Shown here: piece after piece, positions 9,373 through 20,947 of the stretch
Layout: each line of letters begins with the position of its first letter
How positions within the stretch are numbered: the first letter of the stretch is position 1
Assembly (NCBI GenBank): GCA_020184695.1
Contig: JAANOX010000130.1
Coordinates: 124,001-188,000 of the forward strand
DNA length: 64,000 nucleotides
DNA from: Histomonas meleagridis 2922-C6/04-290x
Taxonomy: Eukaryota; Protista; Parabasalia
Direction of reading: 5' to 3'
Translations under genes and position numbers: made by a program
Notes under the pieces: generated by a model
Told to the model about the DNA's origin: nothing
Databases searched by the model: none
What the model saw: only the letters and a program-made list of their open reading frames with translations

Positions 9373-12333
9373 ATGAAGAATCTGCACACTCATATTTGTG
9401 TTCATAATTCTTTATCACAACTCCCAACAGATTTCGAATTTACTGTTCTTTGCAGAATTAGAGCATTTAAATATTTCTCAAAATATTTTTTTTCATCACC
9501 AAATATGATTGCAGCAGGTACAAAAGATGGTCCAATTGTACTATTTACAGACTCAACCCAAAAAATTGAACAAGTTTGTATTTTATGCTCTCATATTGAT
9601 TCGGTAACTTCTATTGTTGAAATGCCAAATTTCGAACGTTTTGTTTCAGCATCAACTGATGGAACAATATGTGTTTGGTCATCTGTAGATTGTACGTGTT
9701 TATGTGAATATCCAAATATTGTACCTAAAGGAGAGATCCATTTGGAATTTAATAATGATGAAGTCAATACACTATTTGTTTGGACACTAGGTTACTCATT
9801 TATGTTATTAAATATTAATACAGGAGATATCATACAAAAATTACCAATATTTGGTATTACAGGATTTTCATTTTTGTCTCCAAAAACTTGTTCCTTCATT
9901 GAATCACCATCTATTATTTGTACTCAGATAAATTGCATTCGTTCATTTAATGAAAACTTTCAACAAATTAAAGCAAGGCCAACAAATTTAAAACACAAAT
10001 ATTATATAAATCAATATGGTATAATTAAAACCACAGCAACCACATGGAGTTTAATATCTCCAACACAATTCTTTGAAATGACAAATTATGAGCTCCAAAA
10101 TCTTCGAAAAAATGACTTCATATCTGATGTAAAGTGGTCAAATCCCACATCGTTCTGCATTGGCACTTTTATGGGGACCTTTAACGTCTTTTCGTTCAAT
10201 CCCCTCACATCACAAGACACTAATGTTGAATTTAAAAATGTTTTTTCTTTAAAAATTAGAGGCTCAAATTATATTCGAGCATTTTCATTTTATGATAGTA
10301 AAATTATTTATTCACCTAAACATTCAATTGTTGAATGTCAAACATTTCTCGAACCAGGTAATAAAGCAACATCAACATATACAAAGCAACAAAAAATATT
10401 TCATTCGCCTAATGATAAATATTTGGGAATTCTATTTGAAGCCGAAAATAATAATTTTTCTATAATTGATTTAGAAAATAACAAAAAAAATACATTTCAA
10501 TCAGAATCAAAAATCACATCAATGACAACACGAAAGCTTAATGATAATAAAATTAATCAAATTATCATTGGATGTGAAGATGGAACTATTTCGTTTTATG
10601 CGGAAAATATGGAAAACCCATATAAAACAATTGTTGTTCTTCCTTCTCCTATTATTGGATTTGCTCATGTTCCATTTATTTATAATGGCCGTCAACTAAT
10701 GTTAGCGATTGGAAGAGATGGTTCTCTTTCATTAATTAAACATAATGATGTTTTAGTGCAACTTGCAAATTCTGAATTTCCAATTACTAATATTTATTTT
10801 CATGAGTCTCTTCGTTTAATAACAATAAAACGGATTGACGGCCTTTTTATTGTATATGAATTTAATAGTACTCAACCTGTTTATAGAACAACACAGCTTC
10901 CAATTGGCTCAAAACTTATTTGGTCATTAAATGAAACAAAAATTGGACCCGATCCCATTTCACTTAACATTTCCTGTTTCAGAAGCATTCAAATTCCGTT
11001 TATTTCATTTAACATGTCTTCTTTTGAAAGCATTGAATCAAATGTTATTGAAGAAGTTGTGGAACAACTTTTTGAAGTTCCTGTTAAACATAAAAATCAA
11101 ACGCACCAAAAAACTACATCTGTTATAACTCGTTTTCATGAACGAAGTAATGATAAGAAACATTCAAGTAGTATAATTTCTATGAAAGCAATTGAGGATA
11201 TATTAAGTGAAGGATTTTTATCATTTGTTTTTCTTGGCATAAATCAACATCCAACATTTTTTTATCCTAATTTCTTTGTTAATTATTCTGCAACAAGTTA
11301 TGCGTCACCTCTCATTGCGACGTTTCATTATTTATCTCGTTCGCTTTTTATTAGTTCTGTTAATACTGAAAAACGTTTTGAATTTCTTCCATTTTTATGT
11401 GAATATATATTTTCACCTGGTAAAATATCATATTCAGCATCACGTGAATGTGAAAACATAATCCAAACAATTCCGTCATCAATTGCTGAGACAATTGTTT
11501 CTAATATTAATTTGGAATCACAAAACATTGAGCCGAATAATATGTTTCTGTTGTCGATGATATCATTAAAACATAATTCACTTTTCACAATTAATTTCCT
11601 ACAAAAAATTTATAAATTTCTTTTGGAATATACAAGTAATGAAAATGAAATTGCTTGTCTTGCAATAACAATTATAATTCAAGGAATTTCGATTTGGTCT
11701 GAAGTTATTCATTCGAAAGTTAAAGTGTTTTCTGATTTAATAAAATGTTTCGCTGGAAAAGAAAGAACTGAATCTGTTGAAGCAATTTTCTTAAAATTAG
11801 CTGCTTCACAGATTGAAACTTACTATGAGGCTACGTATGACTTAATAGTAAAAGCACATTCAGAAAATGAAATTCGTGAAATTTTAGCGCTTTCAACTAA
11901 AATCGCAATAGAAAATCCTTTAGTTAAAAGTGGATTAAATACAATTTTAATGATAAAATTGGCTGACATTAAGGCAAACTTAATAACATTCATTAACGAT
12001 GAATTAGAAATGCATTCATTATTGTTCCCTTTCGTAACGAAAAAAAATGATTTCATTGCAATTGGTTTGGAAAATGGTTCTGTAAAAGTTTTTAAAAAAT
12101 TTAAGCAGACATGTGATGTGAAATTGTTCAACACAACGATAACAACGGTTTCTATCGGACCTGGAGCAAAGTTTTGCACAGCTTTATCTGTTGTTGATAA
12201 AAAGGCAAAAGTGTTTGCTCTTTCGGGAAGGAATAAAGTTGTTGGTGAAATAGAATTGGCTGAGGAAGGTAAAAATTATGGGATTTATTGGGAAGGGCAA
12301 AAGCATTGTTATTGTACAGTGCTTCAGGAATAA
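9373..12333 (+). CDS. Large WD40-repeat protein, WDR7/WDR72-like architecture
   Basis: 986-aa ORF. N-terminal WD repeats (HIDSVTSIV...FVSASTDGTICVWS), a helical middle and a C-terminal WD-like segment. Confidence 0.7.
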   Translation: MKNLHTHICVHNSLSQLPTDFEFTVLCRIRAFKYFSKYFFSSPNMIAAGTKDGPIVLFTDSTQKIEQVCILCSHIDSVTSIVEMPNFERFVSASTDGTICVWSSVDCTCLCEYPNIVPKGEIHLEFNNDEVNTLFVWTLGYSFMLLNINTGDIIQKLPIFGITGFSFLSPKTCSFIESPSIICTQINCIRSFNENFQQIKARPTNLKHKYYINQYGIIKTTATTWSLISPTQFFEMTNYELQNLRKNDFISDVKWSNPTSFCIGTFMGTFNVFSFNPLTSQDTNVEFKNVFSLKIRGSNYIRAFSFYDSKIIYSPKHSIVECQTFLEPGNKATSTYTKQQKIFHSPNDKYLGILFEAENNNFSIIDLENNKKNTFQSESKITSMTTRKLNDNKINQIIIGCEDGTISFYAENMENPYKTIVVLPSPIIGFAHVPFIYNGRQLMLAIGRDGSLSLIKHNDVLVQLANSEFPITNIYFHESLRLITIKRIDGLFIVYEFNSTQPVYRTTQLPIGSKLIWSLNETKIGPDPISLNISCFRSIQIPFISFNMSSFESIESNVIEEVVEQLFEVPVKHKNQTHQKTTSVITRFHERSNDKKHSSSIISMKAIEDILSEGFLSFVFLGINQHPTFFYPNFFVNYSATSYASPLIATFHYLSRSLFISSVNTEKRFEFLPFLCEYIFSPGKISYSASRECENIIQTIPSSIAETIVSNINLESQNIEPNNMFLLSMISLKHNSLFTINFLQKIYKFLLEYTSNENEIACLAITIIIQGISIWSEVIHSKVKVFSDLIKCFAGKERTESVEAIFLKLAASQIETYYEATYDLIVKAHSENEIREILALSTKIAIENPLVKSGLNTILMIKLADIKANLITFINDELEMHSLLFPFVTKKNDFIAIGLENGSVKVFKKFKQTCDVKLFNTTITTVSIGPGAKFCTALSVVDKKAKVFALSGRNKVVGEIELAEEGKNYGIYWEGQKHCYCTVLQE

Positions 12334-13519
12334 ATGTTTAGTATTAGTTTTAATGTGTTCAAATTTTCCATTTCTTTTTTATTTTTTTACATGTTAATTT
12401 TAATCACGAAAATTATTTTAATCTAGTGTATCTTTTAAATTGTACCTGCATTTAATTAAGAATTCTTTGAAAAATGTGTTGTGAACAAGAGAGGAGTTTT
12501 AGAAAAAACTTGAATTAATTTGGAATGAGAACCGCCTTTTTGAAGGAATAAAATAAAAATATATTATTCCACAACTTACTTAATTCTGTAGCCTAATATA
12601 TGGAAATAGTTTTATTTAGTATAAATATATTTCCTGAATGATGGTCTAATTTTGCTGTAATAAATAAAGTTATCATAATCATTAGTTTCAAATTTTTATG
12701 TGTATGATTTGAAGTATATGCATATCTTTCACCTATTAAAATATATTGAAATCTTTTTAACATATCAATAAAAAGAGCAAATCATAATGTAGCATGTCAA
12801 TAACTCAATCTGCATTGATAATATGTATATTAATTCCATGTTAAAATTGTAAAGTTAAAATGAAATTGCTGATATTGTGCATAGTTATTCCCAGGAAAAT
12901 ATTCTGCATTTAAAAATCTATTTCAAATTTTTAAACTTATTTGCTATAAAATTTATTGAATAAATTAAGGATGCAATAAGATTTCATTATTATAAATCTG
13001 AGTGCTGTTGCAGTTTGATTCCTCAGTTTACTTTGTTTGATGGGCTCCTTCCTCATCTTTTTATGTAAAACAAATAATTCACAATAAGCAATGATTAACA
13101 AAAACAGAAAAAATATTTTATTACATATCAATATATTATTACTCAAATCCATTGGTCCTCATCTTCTGTTATCAATTTATTAAATTCATTGGCCACTTCT
13201 TCGTGATTTCCTCCCGTAGTTGATGACGTATTATTATTTTGATTCGACAACGACTTTTTTTCTGTTGTTTGTTTCTTATTTCTCTTCAACATAATATTAC
13301 GATTCCGACAATTATCAAAACTATCACAATAGAGCCGCATATAATACCAATTAACAATTCATTTGATTTCGAATTATCTTTTGGTGTAACATCAGTTACA
13401 ACTAATGTATGAAAGTCATAATAATAACTATAATACGAATAATAATTTTTTAACATTAAATCATATTTTATAGGTCATTAATAATTAATCATTAACGAAA
13501 ATTTATTGAACAATGAAAT

Positions 13520-15067
13520 TTATACTTTTACAAATGTTTCTTCTTTAAAATCATTTGCAAATGGATCATCTTCGACATAGTTTGTACTAAATACAGACTC
13601 AAAATTGTTTATTGAACTTCCTTCCTCATATTGTTTTGACTCTTTATTTTCGTATTCACTTTCATCTCCTGAACTAATCGTTTTATTATTTTTATTGTGG
13701 CGAATTACATAAACAATAACAATAACAATTACTATTAAAATTAAAATACAAACTACGATAACAATTATCATATTTGTATTCATATTATTGTTATTTTGTT
13801 CCTTTAATGGATTAATTAATGTAAAGAAATTTGAATAAAAATTATAAATTGTTGAATAGTATATAACAGTATAATTATAATAAATTATATTGGTATAAAT
13901 ATAAGTTGCCTTTGAATTAATTATATAAAATGTAATAGTGCTAAAATAAAATGTTTTTTGAATAATTGTTTCTGTAATTGAATATGAGCTATAATAAATA
14001 ATTGAATTTGTTAATATTAAACCAAATGGAAAAGAATTCGTAAATGTATTAGAATTCGTAAATGCATATGAGTTAGTAAATGAATTCGAACTTGTAAATG
14101 TATTTGATTGTGTAAATGAATTCGAAAGTGTGAATGGAATGGACTGAGTGAAAGTGAGTGTTGGCGGAAGACATTCATCAAGAATTGTTCCCTTAACAAC
14201 AGCTAAATTACCAAATTTGGTACCATTATATGATTCCAGTGTCATAACATATTGAGCTTTAATACCAAAAAAACCCATTCTAATAAATGGTTCTTTTTCC
14301 CCTAAAAAATAAATACATTGAAGATTGTTACAAAATTCAAAAGCAAGATGATAAATTGCCTTAACGCTTCTTCCGATTATGATCGATTCTAATTGCGAAC
14401 AAAAAGAAAAAGTAGAGATTTCAATATTACTAACTTGGTCAGGAATTGTAAAATTTAATAATGAAGTACAATAACCAAATGCACGAGAGTCAATGGATGT
14501 AACAGAGACAGGTATTATTATATATCTCAATGAAGTACATGAGCTAAAAGCACCAGAACCAATGGAATTAACGGAGTTCGGAATTATCACATTTTTTAAT
14601 GAAGTGCAAGAACTAAATGCACTTGAACCAATAGAAGTTAATTGAGGTGGGATTAAAATATTTATTAAATTTGTACATGAAATAAATGCAGATGATTCAA
14701 TTGATTTTACCGATATTAAAATATTAAGTGTTTCAATTGAATTTCCTGGTGGAAAGCATACGATTGAAGTAACTTCCTTATTATAAACAATTCCGTCATT
14801 TTCATAATTAGAATATTTTAGGTTTTCATCAGAAACATTAATAAACACAAGATTTTTGCAGTTTAAAAAGGCTCCGGCTCCAATTGATGTTACTGAGTAT
14901 GGAATCGTGATATTTTCTAATGAAGAACAGGAAGAAAATGCTTCAAACCCAATTGATGTTACTGAGCTTGGAATTGTGATATTTTCCAATAAAGAACAGG
15001 AAGAAAATGCTTCATCCCCAACAGAAATAACTGTATTAGGAATTGTGAAATTTGTAAATGATGAGCA
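13520..15067 (-). CDS. BspA-like leucine-rich-repeat surface protein with stalk, TM helix and acidic tail; 5' end disrupted
   Basis: TpLRR repeats (F..C..L..I.IP.SV.SIG..AF), S/T-rich stalk, TM helix IIVIVVCILILIVIVIVIVYVI, tail DDPFANDF. The frame is open from 15067 but preceded by TAA, and upstream LRR remnants are frameshifted. Confidence 0.8.
   Translation of the reverse strand, partial: CSSFTNFTIPNTVISVGDEAFSSCSLLENITIPSSVTSIGFEAFSSCSSLENITIPYSVTSIGAGAFLNCKNLVFINVSDENLKYSNYENDGIVYNKEVTSIVCFPPGNSIETLNILISVKSIESSAFISCTNLINILIPPQLTSIGSSAFSSCTSLKNVIIPNSVNSIGSGAFSSCTSLRYIIIPVSVTSIDSRAFGYCTSLLNFTIPDQVSNIEISTFSFCSQLESIIIGRSVKAIYHLAFEFCNNLQCIYFLGEKEPFIRMGFFGIKAQYVMTLESYNGTKFGNLAVVKGTILDECLPPTLTFTQSIPFTLSNSFTQSNTFTSSNSFTNSYAFTNSNTFTNSFPFGLILTNSIIYYSSYSITETIIQKTFYFSTITFYIINSKATYIYTNIIYYNYTVIYYSTIYNFYSNFFTLINPLKEQNNNNMNTNMIIVIVVCILILIVIVIVIVYVIRHNKNNKTISSGDESEYENKESKQYEEGSSINNFESVFSTNYVEDDPFANDFKEETFVKV
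14030..14160 (-). repeat. 18-nt (hexapeptide FTxSxx) stalk repeat of the BspA gene
   Basis: TFTQSIPFTLSNSFTQSNTFTSSNSFTNSYAFTNSNTFTNS. Confidence 0.85.
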
Positions 15068-15897
15068 TTACAGATTTTTTGGAACAAAGCATTACAATCG
15101 TACTTACAGATTGCATTGTTTTTATAACAGTTATCAAACATATATTTTATTTACCATAATGGGCACCATCTACTTTTGTGCTTAACATAATTCATTGGGT
15201 CCTTATCTAAAGATCTTAGATTAGCCACATGTTCCTTCACTGATGCTTCTTCCAATGCTAAAGAATTATCTCCCCATTTTACCATACATGTTACATTTTA
15301 TTCTATTCAACAAATTCTTATCTCTTGTGGTTGTTATTTCATCTTTATCATAACCTTGTAAAGGATCACATAAAAACAAAGACAATTGAGCTGAAGTCAT
15401 GTCATTATTATCTTAAGACCGTCACTACATTTTGAGAGAAGATAATGCTTAAGTTTCAAGTGATTTTCCAAGTATATGATCATATCATAACTTGGGATAC
15501 GAAGAAGAATTTTTAACGAATTCCACATTGGTTTAAAATCCCCGTTTCATAAATTCATAACATTAATTAATTTGTTTTACATAATTAAAAATATGATCGA
15601 AAGGACATTGTAGGACAAAAGTTCTTTCATACTAATTTTCATAAAGCTTTTGATTTTATTCATTGTGATCTTCACATATAGAATGTTATGTATATTGTTG
15701 ATTTTTAACATCTAAATCAACTATTTTAGAATGTACATGTTCGAGTTTTTTTATAAGTTTGAGAATGTTTTGAATCATTTTTTAAGAGATTTTAATGAAT
15801 TTCTTTTTAAATTTTAATGAAGACTTCGCTTTGATAAAACTGCCAAAGTAATCATTGGCGAACGTTAATATCGTTTACACCAAAATCCAGGCAAGGA

Positions 15898-17052
15898 ATG
15901 GGGAATGACTTGAGTTCTCCAAATATAGAGCAAAATTTCTCTGATGTTTTCATACCAATGGGTGGTGTTCGTCTTGATAACGAAAAATCGAACGGAGCAT
16001 ACAAGTTAACTATCCCAATTCCTAGAATTCGAAAAAATTATATCGCTAAAACTGCCTTTGCTGGTGTTTGGTCACTTGAACAAACTGAGTCTGTTTCAGT
16101 TCCACCTCCACGCACAGGTCAATTCTCTTATCATTATAAAAATAAGAATTGGGCAATCACTGGATTTGGAATTGATAGCAATGCAAACTACTACAACGAC
16201 ATATGGATTCTTGATATCGAATCACACCAATGGACCCAACTCAATACATTTGGCGAAATAATATCACCTCGTTCTGGTTCTCTTGTCACTATTTATGAGG
16301 ACATCTTATATATATTCGGTGGCGAATCCATGTCCACCTTTTATAATGACTTCTATGCAGTTAATCTCCTAAATGGCCAAACCATCAAAATTATTTCAAA
16401 TGTAATGCCTACTCCAAGGTGCTCTGGTATATTCGGTTCTTATGATGGGCAACTTTTCCTTTGGGGTGGTTTTAATGGAATTTGGCCATCAGAATTATGT
16501 GTATATGACATCGCATCCAATCAATGGAATATCATTCCACAAGAGATTGGCGGACGCTCAAATGTTGCCTACGAAATTGTAGACAATTTCATTTATGGTT
16601 ATGGCTCATCTAAAACAGGCGGTTTATTAATCATTGATATGTGTGACAAAACTGTATCTATACATCCCACAACTGGTCCAGAGCCATTTCCATCCATCAC
16701 AGATGGCGCTCTTGTTCATTTTGATGAATATCTAATGTTCATTGGTGGAAAAGCGCCTTCACACACAATGTTTATATATGGGTTAAACTTAAAAAGGTTC
16801 CGTTGGTTCGTTTTTCACGTTCTACCTGATGGAACATCGGTTTCGGCTGCAGACGGCACCATAAACGAACTCGGGATGTTCACTTTGCCAAGGATGTATT
16901 CAATGGGGGCCGTTTACGACAACAGGAAAAGAGAAATCTTAACGTTCATGGGACACCCCGCATATGACCGTTTAACGCTATCTGTTGTGAATGTTGCTGA
17001 GGCTTTGGGATTTTTGCATCTAAGAAGAGATATGTATGAAATTATACAATAA
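15898..17052 (+). CDS. Kelch-repeat protein with a probable N-myristoylation motif
   Basis: PPPRTGQ, YYNDIWILD, ISPRSG, LYIFGG and LFLWGG kelch motifs; starts MGNDLSS. Confidence 0.85.
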   Translation: MGNDLSSPNIEQNFSDVFIPMGGVRLDNEKSNGAYKLTIPIPRIRKNYIAKTAFAGVWSLEQTESVSVPPPRTGQFSYHYKNKNWAITGFGIDSNANYYNDIWILDIESHQWTQLNTFGEIISPRSGSLVTIYEDILYIFGGESMSTFYNDFYAVNLLNGQTIKIISNVMPTPRCSGIFGSYDGQLFLWGGFNGIWPSELCVYDIASNQWNIIPQEIGGRSNVAYEIVDNFIYGYGSSKTGGLLIIDMCDKTVSIHPTTGPEPFPSITDGALVHFDEYLMFIGGKAPSHTMFIYGLNLKRFRWFVFHVLPDGTSVSAADGTINELGMFTLPRMYSMGAVYDNRKREILTFMGHPAYDRLTLSVVNVAEALGFLHLRRDMYEIIQ

Positions 17053-17550
17053 TATAAGAAAATAATCTTTTTTATATATGAATCTTTTTGGTTTTGAAAA
17101 AAATAATAAAGAATCTGTCTTTTATATATATATTTTTATCATGTTCTTTGTGGCACTAATGATGGAATTTACACATATAAATAAAATGTTTAATTTAAAA
17201 GAACATTTTTTTAAGATAATTAAAAAAAGCTGATTCTTAATCAAAAGCGATTTTGAATTTATATCTTGGGTATTAGACCAGATATCAATAAAATTTCGAA
17301 ATATAAATATCTCGATAAATAAAAAATATTTTATTCAAGTGATAGTTCAAAATATATTTATTACATCTAATTTCAAAATCCATTTTCAATAATTTGGCAT
17401 ATCAATTTTTTTAGAAATATTACTGAGATTAATTTTGCTCGTTCAATTTGTTCATTGTTATATGTAAAATCCTCTAATAAATATTTTTAATGATATTTCT
17501 GTTTTTTAATATCGGTTATTTAGAACGATAGCTTTGGTAGACTCTTAAAA

Positions 17551-19346
17551 ATGAATGATAATTCCATGCAAAAAATAGGCTCTTATCAAAAATTGATTTG
17601 GAATTTACCTCAAGAAGATTTTGGCGAATTAATCCATTCAACATTAAAAATGTTCGAAGAAACAAATTTTCATTTTTCGCTTAGTATGATTATATGTCAG
17701 TTAATATATATTTCTCTATGTTCCCATATGGATAAAATTGATATATATTTCCAATTTATGTTAAAAATCGAAGAACTAAGTCAGAACAAATATAAAATTA
17801 TGGATTTATTTTATAAATATGTTAAAAAAAAGGTTTCTCAAGAATCACTTTTCATTTTTAACGAAATGATTAAACAAAATATCATTGAACCAAAACATGT
17901 AAAAGAGAAGGTTAGTTTACTTTTTGCTCATTACATGAATGATATGGAACTTAAACATATTGGATGGGTATCATTCCGCAAAGAATTTTTCGATAATTAT
18001 GAAGAACTTTCAAAGAATGATTGGGAACTTCATAAGAAATTAATTGAAGAAGGAGTTAATCCAAATGAAATTGCAAAAATCATTCGAAATGATGAAATCG
18101 AAAAACTTCAAGAAATATCATCACAAACGAATTTTGATTTTAATCAAGAAATTGAACCATCACTTTATGAAAGATGTTCATTTGTTAATCAAAGATATGT
18201 TACATTAATTGATTATGCAGCATTTTTTTCTGCTATTAAATGTTTTAAGTATTTACTTATGAATGGTGCAAATGTAAGGAACACAAGTAAATATGCAGTT
18301 GCAAGTGGAAACATTGAAATCATTCATTTATGTGAACAAAATTATTCACTATTTGATAGCGGACATGAAACTGCAATACAATTTCATCAAAATGATATTT
18401 TCCATTATATTTACGAAAATAAAACTAGAGAAATCAAAAATTTTGAAAAATTGGGAATGTTATGTGTTAAATATCAGAATTATGAAATTTTATTATTCCT
18501 AATTAAAGAAGGGTTGAAAATAACTGATGTTATTAATACATCAGCAAAAATCGGAAACATATTTCTTTTAAAGGATTTTCTTGAAACGAGTCAAATTCCA
18601 AAAAATATTTTGTTATTTGCATCAAAATCAGGAAATGATGAAATTGTTAAATATGTTTTACACCAACAAGGATTTGATATTAATGTTAAAAATATTTAAA
18701 TATTTTGTTTAGGATTTTAATTAATAATTTGATATTCCATAATGTTATTTGGAAAATATTTTTTATATTTCGTACACCACTTATATTAGCATCATTAAAT
18801 TGTTATGTTAATATCGTTAAGTTACTTCTTGAACAAGAAGGAATTGATATTAATGCTAAAGATTTTTATTTGTTTTCTTTATTATTTATTTTATTAATTA
18901 TATATTTCAACGGAATATTTGGAAATTATTTGAATTATTTTTAACAACACTAATGAGAGCATCTCAATTTGGTAGTATCGAAATAGTTAAATTACTTCTC
19001 GAAAAAGATGGAATTAATATTAATGCTAAAAGTATATGTTTTCTTGTTTTGATGATTAATTCAATGTATTACTGTTTAAAAATAAAATTTAATTTTTATA
19101 CAAAATATTTTCTACAGCAATTATGATCGCAGCTCAAAATAGAAATACAGAAATTGTTAAACTGCTTCTTAAACAAAAAGAAATTGATATCAATGTTATA
19201 GATGCGTTTTAATTTTATTTAAATTTTGTTTTAATAATTTTGGGATTAAAAATCATTTTTGGTGTTTATTCATTTAATAATGGACATTACTTACAATTGC
19301 TAAATCAAAGAATTTAAGTGAGATTTGTGAATTACTTACTGAATAA
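17551..19346 (+). CDS. DUF3447-like/ankyrin-repeat protein (locus B) with four 77-nt loop inserts (18694-18770, 18864-18940, 19034-19110, 19204-19280)
   Basis: Coding segments are 17551-18693 (381 codons), three 93-nt ankyrin segments and 19281-19346. All are stop-free and join to a 495-aa ORF if the inserts are removed. Confidence 0.8.
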
Positions 19347-19631
19347 AAAATATATTCTGTTTTTCTTTAGTTTTAATGTTATATTGACCTTTTTATTTTT
19401 TCCTCAATACACTCCCTTTTGGATACCCTTCATTGGAAAAAGCATTCTTCTTACTAAAAGATTGTTATAAAATGATATATGAAGAGATTATTTATCAATT
19501 TACATAACATTTAGCATTCCTTTTGATACACATGATGCAAAGATGGCGCTTTGAAATTCTTTTTAAACAATAAAATAAAATTCAAATTTACCCAAAAAAC
19601 GTTTAAATTTCTCAACAACTTTCCAAATTAA

Positions 19632-20645
19632 ATGCTTGTAAATCTTTTAGATTATGCAAATTGCTCAGCAGTAAATTCAGTTATTCGTCCTCCTCGAGCT
19701 GAGTATAATTTAAGCCGTTTACCAACTCGAAGGGATATTAATGGATACGGACCAGTTTTTCGCCAAGGTGTTTCTTTCGAAAACAACAGAGGCCAAAAGA
19801 TTGTTGGATCTTACTTTGCACCAAATGGAGATATTGCAAATCCTCCATGTGTAATTTATCTTCATGGAAATGCTTCATGTCAATTAGAAGGTTTCTTCCT
19901 TCTTCCAATATTTATTCCATTTGGATGCTCCGTTCTTTGCATTGATTGTTCTGGTTCCGGGAATAGTGATGGTGAAGTAATTTCACTTGGTTATTTTGAA
20001 AGTGATGATGTTCTTTGCGCAATTAAATTTCTTAGGGAGCGCTATAAAGTCGGAAAGATTGCACTTTGGGGGAGATCGATGGGTGCCGCCACATCATTAT
20101 TAACAATTGCAAAAGATCCCACGATTTCAGCAGCTGTTGTTGACTCACCATTTGCCTCTCTGCATGATCTCATATATGAAATCGGATGCAATTTGCCATT
20201 TCCCAAATTCATGGTCAAAATTTATGTTAATTTTATGCGTTTTAAGATCCGAAAAATTGCTAATTTCAACATAGATGATGTTGAACCCATCAAGTATTCT
20301 CCAAATTCCACTGTTCCTCTTTTCTTAATACATGGAGCAAACGATACGTTTATTAATTGCAAACACTCAAGGCGAATTTATGAGGCTTATAGTGGTGAGA
20401 AACACATCGAAATTGTTCCTGGAAACCATAACTCAATACGGCCACAAGATGTAATGATTTTGGCCATTCTTCATATTGCAAATCAGCTCGGCATACAAAT
20501 CGATATCGAAGCAATTCCACCTATAGAAGAGGAAGACAATGCAAATTATCACTTCGAAAACGCAATGGATATGGGCGCGTCAAGAGGAAATAATAATAAG
20601 GAACAACTACATGAAGTTCTCGTGAAAAGTGAAGAAATCGATTGA
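19632..20645 (+). CDS. Alpha/beta hydrolase (ABHD-like)
   Basis: IYLHGNAS, nucleophile elbow WGRSMG, LIHGAND and PGNHN. Confidence 0.9.
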   Translation: MLVNLLDYANCSAVNSVIRPPRAEYNLSRLPTRRDINGYGPVFRQGVSFENNRGQKIVGSYFAPNGDIANPPCVIYLHGNASCQLEGFFLLPIFIPFGCSVLCIDCSGSGNSDGEVISLGYFESDDVLCAIKFLRERYKVGKIALWGRSMGAATSLLTIAKDPTISAAVVDSPFASLHDLIYEIGCNLPFPKFMVKIYVNFMRFKIRKIANFNIDDVEPIKYSPNSTVPLFLIHGANDTFINCKHSRRIYEAYSGEKHIEIVPGNHNSIRPQDVMILAILHIANQLGIQIDIEAIPPIEEEDNANYHFENAMDMGASRGNNNKEQLHEVLVKSEEID

Positions 20646-20947
20646 TAATAAATGTTTTCATGGTGTGCAAACAATTTGTTTTGTATGTATTTCGTTCATT
20701 AGTAATAAAAATAACAAATTCGGTTCTTTTTTGAGATTTAATTAAATTTAATTTTTCACAAGAAAATTCAAAATTAATATATAAAAAGTTGGTAAAATGT
20801 TGTAACTCATGTAACTTAATAACATATGTACATAAATTCATATTTAAAATATACTAAATTTTATAAAATCAAGTTATAACTTGATTTTGAATTTTTTTAA
20901 AACTTCATAACATGTTCAGATTGAAAAGAATTTATACTTAAATAATT

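Noticed and set aside
18694-18770. Alternative genetic code (TAA/TGA read as sense) as the explanation for the stops in the inserts
   Set aside because: Ordinary genes here end in TAA or TGA and have no internal stops, and 77-nt inserts shift the frame regardless of stop read-through.
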